Positions 25,877 through 39,575 of a stretch of 64,000 nt of DNA are shown here, one piece after another; within the stretch, counting starts at the first letter, position 1; the number at the start of each line of letters is the position of its first letter. Source of the stretch: Chiloscyllium plagiosum (lineage: Eukaryota); contig NC_057718.1 in the NCBI RefSeq assembly GCF_004010195.1, positions 17,614,028-17,678,027 of the forward strand. The letters are read 5' to 3'. The notes under the pieces are model-generated. The model was given only the letters and a program-made list of their open reading frames with translations, had not been told where the DNA came from and searched no databases. The translations under genes and the position numbers were made by a program.

Positions 25877-26949
25877 CTGTCGAAGGCAGGCAAATGGAGA
25901 AAATAAAAACGGAGTCGAGTTAGACCGTGGTCATTCAGCCATTCCCTGCAGTGAGGAAATCTTACAACTCAGTCAGTTTGAAAGTAATTTCTGGGTAGAG
26001 AAGCAACTAATCTGCATCAGGCTGACAATCTGGGTATCGCAGCATGGTTTCTATCTCTCAATCAGTGAAGCATAGAAACCAGGAGCAGCTAAGGCCATTC
26101 TGCCCTTTGAACCTGCTCCATCATTCAACCTCTTCATGATCCTCTGTGGTATTTCAGCTTTCTTTCTATACCCCTTAATGCCTTTAAAATTTATAAACGT
26201 ACCAATCTCTTAGTGAAGTGCTACTTCAAATGCTGCTTGTTTATTAAACAAACAGCTTTGAAGGGATTGAGGGCATTTTAACAAACTAAAAATGCACACC
26301 AACTCCTCACCAGCTTTAAGAGTACTTTAAGAGTCACCTGGTTCTGTCTCTGCTGACTCTGTATACCGTCCCTCAGCTTTCCAGGAGCAGTTTCACGCAG
26401 CACTGTACAAGAATTTACTTGACCAGACCGGCTTAATCTATCAACAATAGGTCAAGTCTGGGGATGTGTGCACCACAGGTAAGGCTTTGGTATTGAATGC
26501 CCAATCTTGAATGCTCTGATATGATGGTGGTGGGGCTTCTATTGGAACGGCTGGTGGTGGGTTCACTACAACTGAATGGCTTCCAGTTGGCAGTCACGGG
26601 TTAATCACCTTGCTATACCTACCAGACTGAGTAACGCTGATAGGCTTCCTTCCCTTAATGAATCAGATCAATTTTTATGATAAAGAACAGCTTTCATCAT
26701 AAACTACAATTGATCCTGAACAACTGGGGAGGCCTGGACACTGTCTATGAATGTAAGATATTGTGAAAAATGCATTCAGACCATCCGGGTGGTTTCTGGC
26801 ACCGATAGCACTCTCAAAGGAAGGCAGGTCAGTAAAGCTCACAAGCGTATTGGGAGTGTTTCTGACTGAGGTCAACCAGAGATAGGGTAAAAAGGGATAA
26901 AAAGATCCCTGCAAGGAGAATCTGAAATCTGAAAAATTACTATTTACTG

Positions 26950-27165
26950 AAATGAGAAATGTGCTGCCATGGTTTTTTCATCTTGCACTCATCAGGATAA
27001 ATGCAAGAATGCAAAATTTCTAATGATGAGTTGATAAAGTGTGGTCCTGGAAACAAACACATCAGGTCAGGCAAGCAGCAGTGTCGGCATTTTGGGCTTA
27101 ACCGTTTCAAATGATCACAACACACAAAATTTGGCATTCTTGCATTTGTCCTGATGAGTGGAGTC
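26950..27165. mobile_element. Decayed inverted pLTR-like element (third family) with a nested fragment
   Basis: actcatcaggataaatgcaagaatgcaaaattt is the near reverse complement of aaatttggcattcttgcatttgtcctgatgagt; CTGATGA core on both arms. Confidence 0.55.
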
Positions 27166-28517
27166 CAAAAAATCTTCAGCAGCCTCTCACCTTCTTTTCT
27201 GGAGTTTTCAAGTTTGGTGCTATCAAAGTGACTGTTTGTAATTTTGGTCCTCATGGCCACCAGGTTGTAACTGGGCTGTCACTAGAGGGAGCAAGAGGTC
27301 CACAGTGTGATGAGAGCTGCAACGTCAGTGGAGAGTGTAAGAGGGTTGGAAAGGATAGAGTTGTGAATGAGGGTTACAAGAGTGTACAGTGTGTGAGGAT
27401 GAATTGTCTGTGTCCCAGAAAAGCAACTGGTCTTATTAAACTGAACATACAAGAATGGACTCAGGACCATTGTCACCTTCACTGAAATACCACGAAAATG
27501 AAACCAGTAAGGGTTTTTGAGGGTGTGTGGGCACTAATTCATGCTCCAATATAATTATTCCAATATATAAATCAAACAATCAGCTTAATTTTATCTGTTG
27601 GATGAGCTTGCCGGGGAGGGGGGGGAAGAAGAGGATGAAATTTTCTACGCAGCTTGGTGACAAGATACTAATTTCCCATTGCTTTGTTGGAACTATTATT
27701 GATAATTATCCTAATACACACTGTTGTCACAACAGTAATAATCAGTTTGTACTGACAGAGGCTGGTTTCAGTCAGCTTGGCTCTGGTGTCCAGGGAAGAT
27801 GGCAGGTCACAGCTGAGATCCTGTGGTTGGGGGAACAGGAGGGATATTCTCCCCAGCTACTGGCCAGCAATGCCATGCTGCATCAGAAGAAATGATTAAT
27901 GCTGCCTCTCTGCTGCTTTCACAGCTTCAGTTGTGTTGGCAGGTTTATCGTTCTGGGGGGCGGGCGGGGGGGGGGGGGCAGCTCAGCTCTGAGGACCCAG
28001 CTAAGGGTTAACACCACACTATAACAGAGGTGGACGGTATGGGTTTAGCTCCTCCTCTTGCTCTCCATTGAGGATGTGTTTATTAATAAAGGAAGACATT
28101 TCTCTGAGTTTGTCCATAGGGCAGACACAGCCGTTAGAGGCTCTTAGGACCTCTCTGATAATGTTATCATTATCTGCCATCATTAGCTGTGTTAGCAGAG
28201 GTGCCTTGAGGGATTCAGGAGGACAGAGAAGGAATGACTTTGCTCAAATCTTTCCTTTGTCTTTTTCACAGAGAGTTTACCCAGCGTGTTCTTTGACTGA
28301 TCAGGAATTAGCTGCAAAGGAGGGAGACTGCAAGAGCAAGGTTCCTAGGCTCAGGGTGTCAAAATATCGATAATGAATACCATTAGAATCACTGTGAACT
28401 CGAGATGTACCAACTTGCCCTAGACAACAGGGGAATAAAAGCAACAAAAGCAGATGGCCCATCTCCTGGATGCACGGTAAGAGAATGGCACACCGATTCC
28501 TCAGCACCATTACTCAC

Positions 28518-28739
28518 CAATACAGTAAGGACAACACTGCCCTTTCCGCAGGACAGGCCGGGCACAGGTCACAGCTGGGCACGACTCCGAGTAGCAGCTG
28601 ATGACACCCTCCATGCAAATGCAGCTGCTGCATACATTTGGCTTCCAGGATTCAGCTGCCAAGAAGATATCACCTTCATCATTCTTACAGTAACCAGGCA
28701 TACTTCTGTTGCTTGGCGACATAGGCTGAAGGGGTTCAT
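28518..28739 (-). CDS. CRIM1: CRIM1 coding exon (~13), VWFC domain; 222 nt, phase 1-1
   Basis: DEPLQPMSPSNRSMPGYCKNDEGDIFLAAESWKPNVCSSCICMEGVISCYSESCPAVTCARPVLRKGQCCPYCI; acceptor ctttcaccag|, donor |gtgagt. Confidence 0.97.
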
Positions 28740-29746
28740 CTGGTGAAAGGAGGAGAAGACACCAATTTTGCAACAGGAGAACGTGAAGTCAGCCTCCCCA
28801 CTCCCCTCAACCAATATCATCCACAAGCCGATGTGTTGCATTTAGTTAAGAAAAAGCTGGATAATGCTTAAACCAGCCAAGTTCTTTATCTACTTGCTGT
28901 TCAAAACTCATCACCACAAGGAACAGTTGAGGCAAGTAATACAGCACAGATTTGGGCCCTGAGAGCCAGAAACAAAGAACTAGCCTTTAGGTAGCACTTT
29001 TGCCTGTGTTAGGACAACCCCAATAGCCAGCATGTACACAGCACGATCCCACAATGATTACCAGATGTTTCTTTTGCAAAGTGATGTTGCTAAGGGTTTT
29101 GTAAATGGTAAAAAGATGCTGAAATGGGAGAGGCCATTCAGCCCAATCAATACTATCCAGATAGCAGAACATGCTTGGGTGTTACTCATTGCTTTTCTGA
29201 CCTGCACCAAAACAGGGAACCGTAGCTCCATGGTTGGTCAGTTTACGTTTCAGTAAAATCGGTATGTGATGTGCTAAATGGCAGCTTACTTCCACAAGTT
29301 AATCATTTGTAAATGTAAAATAAATTATTCATTAAAGTTCTAAGGAGGTCACTATAGTCCAAGTCCGATGCATTAAAAACAGCATTGCAATCAAATAACT
29401 TAGCTAAAAAACAGATGCAATGTCAGTGAGGTTCTGGACTGAACTCCCAGCTGACATATATCTTTAGTATATTTGACATATTTCTTACAGCAGATTCTTA
29501 CTCAATAAAAGGCCAAGGACCATGCAGCACACAAGCAGGCTATTCGGCTCTAGTGCTTAACGCCCCACATAAGCCTCCCACTACCTATTGTCTTTGCATC
29601 AGTATACGTTTCCATTCTTTATTCCTCTCATATACTCTGCTGTGACTGTCCCCTTTATTTAAACTTTGAACCAGGGTGTCAGGAGATCTTGCTGCCTTCT
29701 ATGTGCTAAGTAAATACAAGCTGGTGTTTGCAGTTTGTGAGCATAC

Positions 29747-29962
29747 CTGGGCACTGTGGGCAGCATGAGTCTGGTGTCCTGATGGGGTTCTGGCAGAGGA
29801 TGGGTGGGCAGACCTCGGTGTCACAGAGCACACGCCCGGTGTGGCACGTGCACTGGGTGCAGGAGTCAATGTTCCAAGTTTCTCCTTCCACAAAGTATTC
29901 GCCCCCAGGAGCATGGCAGATCGAGGTATCACTCAGCTCAGGCTTCCAAAGGCCAGAGTCCT
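29747..29962 (-). CDS. CRIM1: CRIM1 coding exon (~12), VWFC domain; 216 nt, phase 1-1
   Basis: EDSGLWKPELSDTSICHAPGGEYFVEGETWNIDSCTQCTCHTGRVLCDTEVCPPILCQNPIRTPDSCCPQCP; acceptor ttgttctcag|, donor |gtatgc. Confidence 0.97.
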
Positions 29963-30294
29963 CTGAGAACAAAGTGAGTTAACAATCTGGTTAGCAAAAT
30001 GGGGAATGCCTCAACACATGCACATCACTAATGTCAATTGAAAAGCAGAACTATTCAAAGGTGAAGAGCATTAAAAGATAAGCAGGAAGGGCGAAGAAAT
30101 GCAATTTGAATAGATAGCTCTAATTGAAAAGCCTGCTCAGACACAGGTACAGGATTGAAAGGCTTACTTTTGTACTGTAATTTCTTTCAGTTTATGAATT
30201 AACGGTTGTAATACATCAGAGGAAGAAATGAATTCCTTTACAACATGAAATGAAGCTGTACTTTCACATCAATTGGTTACTCCTTTCATAAGGC

Positions 30295-31175
30295 TGGAGG
30301 TGCCATCGATAGTATCGAGGGCTATTGTAGGCTGCAGCACGACATAGACAAGATGCAGAGCTGGGCTGAGAAATGGCAGATGGAGTTCAACCTGGATAAA
30401 TGCGAAGTAATGCATTTTGGAAGGTCGAACTCGAATGCTGAATATAGGATTAAAGACGGGATTCTTGGCAGTGTGGAGGAACAGAGGGATCTGGGTGTTC
30501 AAGTGCATAGATCCCTCAAAGTTGCCCCCAAATGGATAGGGTTGTTAAGAAAGCATATGGTGTTTTGGCTTTCATTAACAGGAGGATCAGGTTTAAGAGG
30601 CGTGAGGTTTTGCTGCAGCTCTACAAGTCCCTGCTGAGACCACACTTGGAATATTGTGTCCAGTTCTGGTCGCCCTATTATAGAAAAGATGTGGAGGCTT
30701 TGGAGAGGATGCAATGAAGGTTTACCAGGATGCTGCCTGGACTGGAGGGCTTGTCTTATGAAGAGAGGTTGACTAAGCTTGGACTTTTCTCTTTGGAGAG
30801 AAGGAAGAAGAGAGGTGACCTGATAGAGGTATACAAAGTAATGAGAGGCATAGATAGAGTCAGTAGGCAGAGACATTTCCCCAGGGCAGGATTGACTGGT
30901 ACGAGGGGTCACAGTGTTAAGATATTAGGAGAAAGGTATAGAGGAGGCGTCAGAGGAAGGTTCTTTATGCAGAGAGTTGTGAATGCATGGAATGCGTTGC
31001 CAGCGGTGGTGGTGGAAGCAGAGTCATGAGGGACATTTAAGCGACTCGACATGCACAGCAATGAATTGAGGGGTGCATACGTTAGGGTATTACTTTAGAT
31101 TAGGAATAATCCTTGGCACAACATTGTGGGCCAAAGGGCCTGCTCTTTGTACTTTTGCATGTTCTATGTTCTATA
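30295..31175 (+). mobile_element. CR1 LINE 3' fragment
   Basis: WQMEFNLDKCEVMHFG, LYKSLLRPHLEYCVQFWSP, RVVNAWNALP across frameshifts; gttctat tail. Confidence 0.93.
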
Positions 31176-33113
31176 TGCTTATCAATACTGCAATTTATGA
31201 TCTATTATATCAGTGCAATATAAAGAGACAAAGTACCATTTACTCTCAATGCATTTTGTTTCCGAGCTCATTCCTCAGAAAAGGTCCTACACTGGTACAG
31301 TTAAAGGCAGTGAAATAATGGCAGAAACTGATAACAAGAGAAGGCTCACTGCAGATTTCAATGTCAATTTGTGAACCATAGAGAAGGAGTTAGCCGTCTG
31401 GTTCACTCGTGCCTGCCTCTTTGGTAGATCAATCCAATAAAAAACACGGATCTGGAAAGCTTCAGGTTCTATTTCTAGTCTGTGTTAACTTTATTGTTCT
31501 CAGCCTAAGGTCAACAGCTCTCCGGGTCCCAGAGCTCGGGATAAAAAAGTAAAATCGGCTTTTCCCTTTGACACAGTTGAGCTGATATATGTTAGAGACT
31601 GAAGTATGATTTTGTTTAGCGACTCCGATGTCAGAGTCAGATTGGGATCCTGACCCTGCACTTGAATGACCATCTGACAGTGGTTTTCCCTAAGGTGGCT
31701 CTCTGGTGACGAGAGGGGTGTGCTCAGCTGAATTAATGACGGCGAGTTTGTTCTGGAAGCTGGAGGTCCACTACAAGGTCCCCCCCACCAACCCCCTCCC
31801 TCCCCCCTCCCCCCACACCCCAACCCCTCCCCCCTTACTTGGAGGGACACAGGGCTCTGCTGTCTTCAGACACCTCCTTGGCAATTTCTTAAAATCAAGC
31901 GATTAAAAAAACATCCATGAGGAGGCAGCCAAGGCCAGGATGGGGTTGGGGTGGAGGGCAGGAGGAGGTGAGGACAGCCTCAAAGTTGGCCTGGAGTTGC
32001 TGGTCGCCCTGTCCTGCTGTTGTGAAGCCACTTCCAGACGACCGACCGGTTCCTGGGTCTGAGGTGTGCAGCAGACGTGGTAGGAAAACCCAATCAGCCT
32101 CTGGAAACTGCTCACTGCCTGACCTGAACTGGCTACTCACTGTGTGTGAGGCAGGAACCCTCTGTTCTCGATGCCAGCCCCCAGAAGTGGGCAAGCCTGC
32201 CAACGTCATGAATGTTCACACCTACTGGTTCCATTTCTGCCCTTCGGTAGGGAGCTGGGGAGGGGTGGGAATGGTGGTGGTGGTGATAATGTTTGCTCTG
32301 ACCTTCTTATCCTAGACATAGTCTACCTCACAGGGCCGAATGTCTGCTGCTGGGTTAAGGCAGCCAGGTTTAACAGTGACAGTGCCTAAAACTGGTCTCC
32401 TGGAACACAGTCTAAAACTGTGTTAGTCTATCAGCAGCTTAACTATCATCACAGTGTGATGCACTTACCCACTCATCAATTGGTACAATGTTTCACTATC
32501 AATTAATGGCAAACTACAGCTAATGTTTATCGGAATGAGCTTCAAATCTCAATAAGATAACTGGAGATCCTTCAGTGATATCAACACAGCAAAGCCTTGA
32601 GTATTAATGCATGAGTTTGGCATATTGGATTAACATTTATGTACAGCCAGTGCTCAGTGACCCTGACATTTTAGATTTAGCACACTCCTCTAATGATGAG
32701 ACTCCTATTAATAATATTTATTACTCTGAATAAATTTCTTCAAACCCAGAGACTGTTCCGTCACTGCAGCTAAGTCTGTAGCTCTTTCAGAGAGCTAACC
32801 AAAGTGCAATGGGATGAACAACCTCTTAACAGTCATAGATTTTTTAACAGCATGGCAAAGGCCCTTCAGCCTATTATGTCCAAGCCAGCCATGAAACATC
32901 CAGCTATTCTATTCCCATTTTCCAACACTTGGCCCACAGCCTTGGCATTTCAAGAGCTCACTATGTAGTCTTTCTGTGCAGCAAAGTGAAGGCAAGTCCC
33001 TAACAAGGGGACAAAATTTCCAAAGAATCCAACCCCAGCACCATCTCAACTGCATACTCGGTTCGGGGGTGGGGGGGGGGGGAGCAGAGAGGGCTGATTT
33101 AGGTGCTTCTTAC

Positions 33114-33323
33114 CTGGGCACGATGGGCAGCATTGTCCGGGCCGGATGGTAGGATTTCCACAGTTGGGCACGGAACAGGTGATGAGTGCACACATCTCGC
33201 GTCCGCTGTAGCAGTAGCATTCACGGCAACCATCATGCCAACTCTCACCGCTCTCGTGACGCCGCCCATCCATGGACAAACACGAGCCAGTTTTGACCGG
33301 TGGGATGGCGGTTGTGGGCACCT
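33114..33323 (-). CDS. CRIM1: CRIM1 coding exon (~11), VWFC domain; 210 nt, phase 1-1
   Basis: EVPTTAIPPVKTGSCLSMDGRRHESGESWHDGCRECYCYSGREMCALITCSVPNCGNPTIRPGQCCPSCP (W-x-C-x2-C-x-C ... CCPxC); acceptor tatccag|, donor |gtaaga. Confidence 0.97.
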
Positions 33324-33804
33324 CTGGATATTAAGAATTGGAAGGAAAAAGAAGCAAGAGTTAGTCATGGCACAGGGCTGTCTCTCCCTCTTAATCACAA
33401 GGCTTTTCCTTTCAGCTGCTCAAACCTGGCGTACTATTGTACACAGGAGGATGGGTAGCCCCATTTAGCACCGAGACCCTGCTCCATCTTTCAATTCGAT
33501 TACGGTAGCTATGTTTCCAACTCAAGAGGAGGTCAGTATAACTGTGGAATCTTAACCTTGGTTTAAAAAAAGGAATGTAAATTGATATAATGCATTCTAC
33601 AACCTGAGGATGTCCTAAAGCACTTTAAAGCCAATTAAGTACAGTGCAAGAGCAGTCACCATCATAATACAGGAAATATGACAACCAATTCACTTATGGC
33701 TCACTCCAACAATCGCCACTGAGACAGGTGACCAAATCTTTTGCTTTTAGTGATCAGATCAAAATAGTGCCATAGGATCTTAGTTTAACGTGTTATTTTT
33801 TAAT

Positions 33805-34140
33805 TCATTCACAGGATGAGGGTGTCACTGGCTAGGCCAACATTTATTGCCCAGAAGGGAGTTAAGAGTCAACTACATTACTGTGGGACTGGAGTCACAT
33901 GTAGGCCAGACCAGGTAAGGATGGCAGTGTCCTTCCTAAAGGGCATTAGTGAACCAGATGGATTTTTCCCAATAATTGGCAATGGATTTAAGGTCATCGT
34001 TACATTCTTAGTTCCAGATACTTATTGAATTCAAATTCCACCATCTGCCATGACAGAATTTGAACCCTGGGTCCCCAGAATGTTATCTGGGTCTCTGGAT
34101 TAACTGTCCAGCAATAATACCACTAGGCCATCACCTCCAC
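33805..34140 (-). mobile_element. Second, older tRNA-headed SINE family; copies at ~14762-15094, 19505-19855, 20330-20660, 43050-43630 (-) and 37915-38072 (+)
   Basis: Minus-strand head tggcctagtggtatt...gggttcaaatt; shared body ggagtcacatgtaggccagaccaggtaagg; tail gcaataaatg.tggcc...tgaatgaat, also seen on LINE-like piece 4450-4730. Confidence 0.7.
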
Positions 34141-35992
34141 TGAAAAGGAGTCAACTCCAGTGACACTGGGGTGCCAGTCTGGATTACAAGCTGAAGTCTC
34201 TGGAGAGGGGTTTGAAGCCCCGATATTCTGAGCGAGTAACGAAAGGGCTAACAACTAAGCCAACAAACCATCTTTAAGTCCCTGCTCAACAATATGCCTC
34301 AGCCTTTAATGACAATTCTCAAGACAATATGACATTTCTTTCATCCCCAACGTTGGAGGCCTCTGAGTGAGATTATAAACAGGATCAATTTTGTGCTGCA
34401 AGACCATGTCCATTTGGAATAGGATTGAGCTAGCACAAACTCATTTCACAACTAAACAGTGGCTGGTGGGTCGATAATCAGGAAGTAGAGGTTTTGACTG
34501 ATTGGTAAAACAGCCACACTTGAGGAAAAACCCTTTAGGTGATGAATGGTTAAGGTGTGGATTGCACACTCTGATTGGATGATGGGTTCAGGTTCAATTG
34601 CAACCTTCGCTGGCAAATTAAATAAACATTTGAAAGAGAAACAAAATCATAGGGAGATGGACGAAGAGTAAAAGGTGTGGATCTAACTGGATTACCAATT
34701 CATAGAGGCAGGATAAATTACTGAACTGTGCTACGACCCTACAGAATCCTTACAGCCAGAGAAGACTGTCCTGTCACCCCAGGCTGGATTTAGATCACAG
34801 ATTAAAAGGCAGTGCCCCCTTAGGTTCTCTTCCCAAGGTAATGTGGCTTCCCTCTGCTACTTCAAAGTGACCATTATATACGTTGCCATGGTGCTGAATA
34901 TAGACAGCCCACATCTGATCCCTCTTCCTACCTGACATACACTCAACACTTGCGATGGCTGTCCTGCTGTGATCAGGAATGGAAACACTGCCTGATTTCC
35001 TGCGATCAAACCTCACACAAAATTGGGAGATCCACCTACTGCTACCTCGGTTTGAACTTGGCTAATTCAGGAGCAACGTTTGAAACTAGGACCCACTGTG
35101 AATACTGGCTGGAGTCTGAGGGTAATTTTATTTTACCCCTTCCTGTGGGGAAAGACTTCTGTTTGACTTCTTTTCCATAGAGACATAACCAAGAATATAG
35201 AGTCTCCATGAACAGAAGGGCATTAACCCAGTGTTAGACTGGAGAATCGATGTATTTGATGCCTCCCAGTCAATCAAGATCAGTGACACCCACACACTTG
35301 AAAAAAAAGTGGACATTGGGGGCTGATAGTGAGGTGAGGCTGTGAAATGAGGAATTGGGGACTGGGTGAGATAACAACCTGGGAATCTGGAAGTACAGGT
35401 TTCTCCCATCGCCATGGAGACTTAACTGTGTTTGAGGTTCTCTGATTCCCCATCTGACACCCAGCTCGAGGGATAGACTTGGCTGCCTCTCAGTGGGCAA
35501 AGTGTTGGGTTTAAGGAGCAGCTCAGGTTTTGGAGAAGGAGGGGTGCCACGGGTGAGATCACTGGGCCCTGGGGGAAGCGTCAGTTGAAGGTGACAGATT
35601 GCAGCAGCAAATGACGTGTCTATGGGGTGATTAGGAGTGTAACTATCATGTAGGGATTTTAAAGACTTAACCTATTGGCATCTGGATTCCTGCTCCTTCT
35701 GGCCCATAGCTTGTGCAATAATGTCACTTTATCTTAGCCCCTTCCTACATCCTTTTACAAGGCCCACAACCTCCTTAACAAGGTTTTCAATGATTAATCC
35801 CACATCCAGAAAGTGGATTAGTCCCTTGCCCCCTGCTCCACTTCTAATACAACTGTACTCAGATGAAAATTCTTCATGTTTTTGTTTCTCATGGAATCCT
35901 TATTGGCTCATCAGGTCTGCACTGGCCTGCAGAAGAACACCCCACCCAAACCCAGCCTCCTAATTCCCAAGGCTTATCCACCTAGCCTGCAC

Positions 35993-36155
35993 ACGAGGGA
36001 GTCACGGACGGAGTGGTCTTTTCGGAATGCTGATAGGGGAGGGGAGGGAAACATATCCCTGGTGGTGGGGTCCGTTTGGAGGTGGCGGAGATGACGGCGG
36101 ATGATACGATGTATATGGAGGTTGGTGGGGTGGTAGGTGAGGACTAGTGGGGTTC
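35993..36155 (-). mobile_element. Internal coding fragment of a PLE (RT thumb to GIY-YIG linker, Neptune-like)
   Basis: Manual translation TPLVLTYHPTNLHIHRIIRRHLRHLQTDPTTRDMFPSPPLSAFRKDHSVRDSLV; CpG-rich and stop-free. Confidence 0.75.
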
Positions 36156-38400
36156 AGTTAGTAGCCATCTTTGAAAAAAAGCACAATATGGAATACTGAG
36201 GGGCACTGGCTCCAAAACAAATTCATTTAAAAGAAAAAGAATGGGTTGAATATTCAACTGCTTTTACAGAGTTACTGATCAAACAGATGACCTAAATAAA
36301 TTGCTGTTCATGACAACTCCAATGGTTCCAAATGGTTTGAGGTAAAGTGATTAACGTAACTGTGCTACCAGGCTCCTTGGAGGGAATCAAATTAGGTCAG
36401 AGATGCATAGCGTAGTGTGACGAGTTTTTTTATTGATATTTTTGCATCTTTTTCTTCAGCTGCTCACTTATTTCATACCTGCACTTATTCTCATGTAATA
36501 TGTGTTTCTCTGCAAAAGCCCTCCAGTGCCTGTCCCAGTTAAGGTTCCCTTTTAACAAGGCAATATTGGTGCGTTCTGATCCTGTCCTTACCCATGTCCC
36601 TTGCACTTACAGCAGAGGTCAGAAGGTATCCATGGGAGTCTTTACACCATTGGACTTATTTAATCATTCCACCATACCCCCTCAGAATTTTTCCCAGTCG
36701 TAATCTCTGCTTACCAACCTGTTTACCAGTGAAAATACTTTCTAATTTAAGTGTTACGATTGTCATCCTTGTTCTCAAATCCATCCATTAATCTCTCTAC
36801 TCCTTGTGGAAACTGCTGAGGTTTCTAAGGACCTTCAATACCCATCTCTTGAACAACCCTGATTTTAATCACTTCACCACTGACAGCCTTAGCTACCTGC
36901 CTGGCCCCTGAGCTCTGGAATTCTCTCCTTCAAATTCTCTTGCTTTCTGATGCTTCTTAAAATCTACCCGTTGGCCAAAACTTTGGGCACAACTTTCACT
37001 ATCTCCTTGAATGACTCAGTGTCAGATTTTGTATGCTAATGCTCCTTGTGAAACATCTGAGGCTGTTTTATATGTTAGAAGGTGTTACACAAATGTAATT
37101 ATTGCTGTTCTTTCCAGGCCTCTCCCAGTCCAACCATCCCCTTAGTATTCGCTTAAAAGCTGTTCACCTCCACCATTTTCCCAGTTGTGATGATAGGACA
37201 TTGGTCTGGAACAACACTGTTTGCTTTTGTCTGTGTCTCTGCACAGATGTTGGCAGATCTGTAGTGCATTATTTCCAACATTTTCTCTTCTTTGTGTCAG
37301 AGTGTTATATTATGGTTGAGAGCCTGAACTCATGTGAATGGACGCTTGGATTTTGGGACAGCTAATTCAGTACAGGCAGACGAATCAAAGCTGAACTCAG
37401 AATGTTGGAACACTACAGCCTTAACTTGCAGTGGAAACTGTACTTCATTTTTAATCAAACCTTCAAACAAAATTTTTAAAAAATGCTTTCCTTAAAAGAA
37501 ATGTATATATGGCTCTCAAAGTCTTTCTGCTTTCTCTTTGCAGAGACAAGCTACATCAACGTTTTTGAAGCGGTATTAGCAGACCCTATTGCTCAAGGGA
37601 AAGTCAGCAGACGACAGAGTTTCAGCAGACGACAGAGTTACAGCATGATGTATTGTTCTGCTACTTAAGCAGGCTGCCCCCTTAAGGCTGAAAAATGTAA
37701 CAGCTGCAAATGGGTTCATCCTGAGAACAATTAGGGATCAATTAGGGATTATTCACATGCTGAGGTTAATTCATTAGAGGTCACTTGCCTTCCTTCCTAG
37801 CTTTTTATGAGGATGCCTCAGAAATCACACGCACAGCTTTAATAGAAAATAGAAAGGTCAATTTGTGCAAGGCATGGTCCCCATTACTCCCAACTTCCTG
37901 GGAGTGTACAGCGTTGAATGTCATTAGGAAAGGGAATTGCCATCCTTACTTGGTCTGGTCTACATGTGACTCCAGATCCACAGAAATGTGGTTGATGCTT
38001 AAATGCCCTCTGGGCATTAGGGCTGGGCAATAAATGCTGGCCAGCCAGCAATACCCTCATCCCGTGAATGAATAAAGAAAAACCCATCATGTCTCTAGAA
38101 AGAAACTCCAACTGGATCTACTTGCACCATTCTTTCAGGCAGCACACTCCAGACTGTAATAAAGAGTTGCGTCAAATAAAAGCATCCTCACGTGTTCCTA
38201 GGATATTTGCTAATCTTACATCTGGGATTTCTGGCGACCAACCTTCCCAACAATGGAAACACTTATCCCTCTCAGTTTCTCCAAGTTATTCAAGGGTGGT
38301 TGGCTTCTGCTGTTGTTTTGTTTTGCATCACGCCGAGCAAGCACATCTCCAATCTGCTTCAGCCACAACGGAGTCTCCCAATCTACTCAATATTTTTTTT

Positions 38401-38710
38401 TAGATTCCCTACACAGTCCCTTCAGCCCAACAAGTCCACATCGACCCTCTGAAGAGCTAACCACCCAGACCCATTCCCCTACATTTACCCCTGCACCGAG
38501 CACTATGGGCAATTTAACTTGGCCAATTCACATGCACATGACCTGCACATCTTTGGATTGTGGGAGGAAACCGGAGCTCCCGGAAGGAACCCACGCAGAC
38601 ACGGGGAGAATCTGCAAACTCCACACAGACAGTCACCCAAGGCTGGAATTGAACCCAGGTCCCTGGCACTGTGAGGCAGCAGTGCTAACCACTGAGCCAC
38701 CGTGCTGCTC
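38401..38710 (-). mobile_element. tRNA-derived SINE, same family
   Basis: Reverse complement of the 16219 copy. Confidence 0.9.
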
Positions 38711-39193
38711 CAGCCCATTGTCAATTTGAATATCGCTCCCGAATATTTACATCCTGCTTTAAAGTAGAAAGAAATATAAACCCATTCCTTTCAAGTCAAG
38801 CTGGGGCTGGGAATTGAAAGAGTTGCTCCTGCTCTAAAACCAACCAGTAAAATCAAATTAAATTTGGCACTCTGGACCTTACTGAGTGACTGCCTCCCAT
38901 TCCTTCAGTACATGAAGTCCCAGCTAATAAGTAACAACATAATAGCAAAATTCCTTTACTTTTGCAGTAGCAAAGAAATGGAATGCACCTAGGCAAAGTG
39001 CAGAGTCCAGACGTTTCAGCAAACAAGTTAGGGGTGGTGTTAGGAGAGTTGGTAATGTGGCTGCTCCATTTGGCTGCATGATTTGCGAACAATCAGTGGA
39101 GGTTGAAGAGACAAAAACGTGGGACTAAGTTCAACTTTGGTGACTGTCTCACGTTGCTGTACTAACTGGCAGAACAGGCTTGATGGCTGAACT

Positions 39194-39575
39194 AGGTAAA
39201 AACAAGGACTGCAGATGCTGGAAACCAGATTCTAGATTAGATTAGATTAGATTAGATTAGATTAGATTACTTACAGTGTGGAAACAGGCCCTTCGGCCCA
39301 ACAAGTCCACACCGACCCGCCGAAGCGCAACCCACCCATACCCCTACATTTACCCCTTTAATGTAACACTATGGGCAATTTAGCATGGCCAATTCACCTG
39401 ACCCGCACATCTTTTGGACTGTGGGAGGAAACCGGAGCACCCGGAGGAAACTCCGAGGAGCAGGAAAATCGATGTTTCGGGCAAAAGCCTGATGAAGGGC
39501 TTTCGCCCGAAACATCGATTTTCCTGCTCCTCGGATGCTGCCTGAACTGCTGTGCTTTTCCAGCACCAGTCTAAT
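39194..39575. mobile_element. Inverted PLE pLTR insertion with hammerhead core and a nested truncated SINE
   Basis: TSD cttgatggctgaact at 39179-39193 and 39576-39590; CTGATGA-a-GGGC-tttc-GCCC-GAAA-C-ATC at 39489-39516 (+); SINE 3' half at ~39235-39452 (-). Confidence 0.85.
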
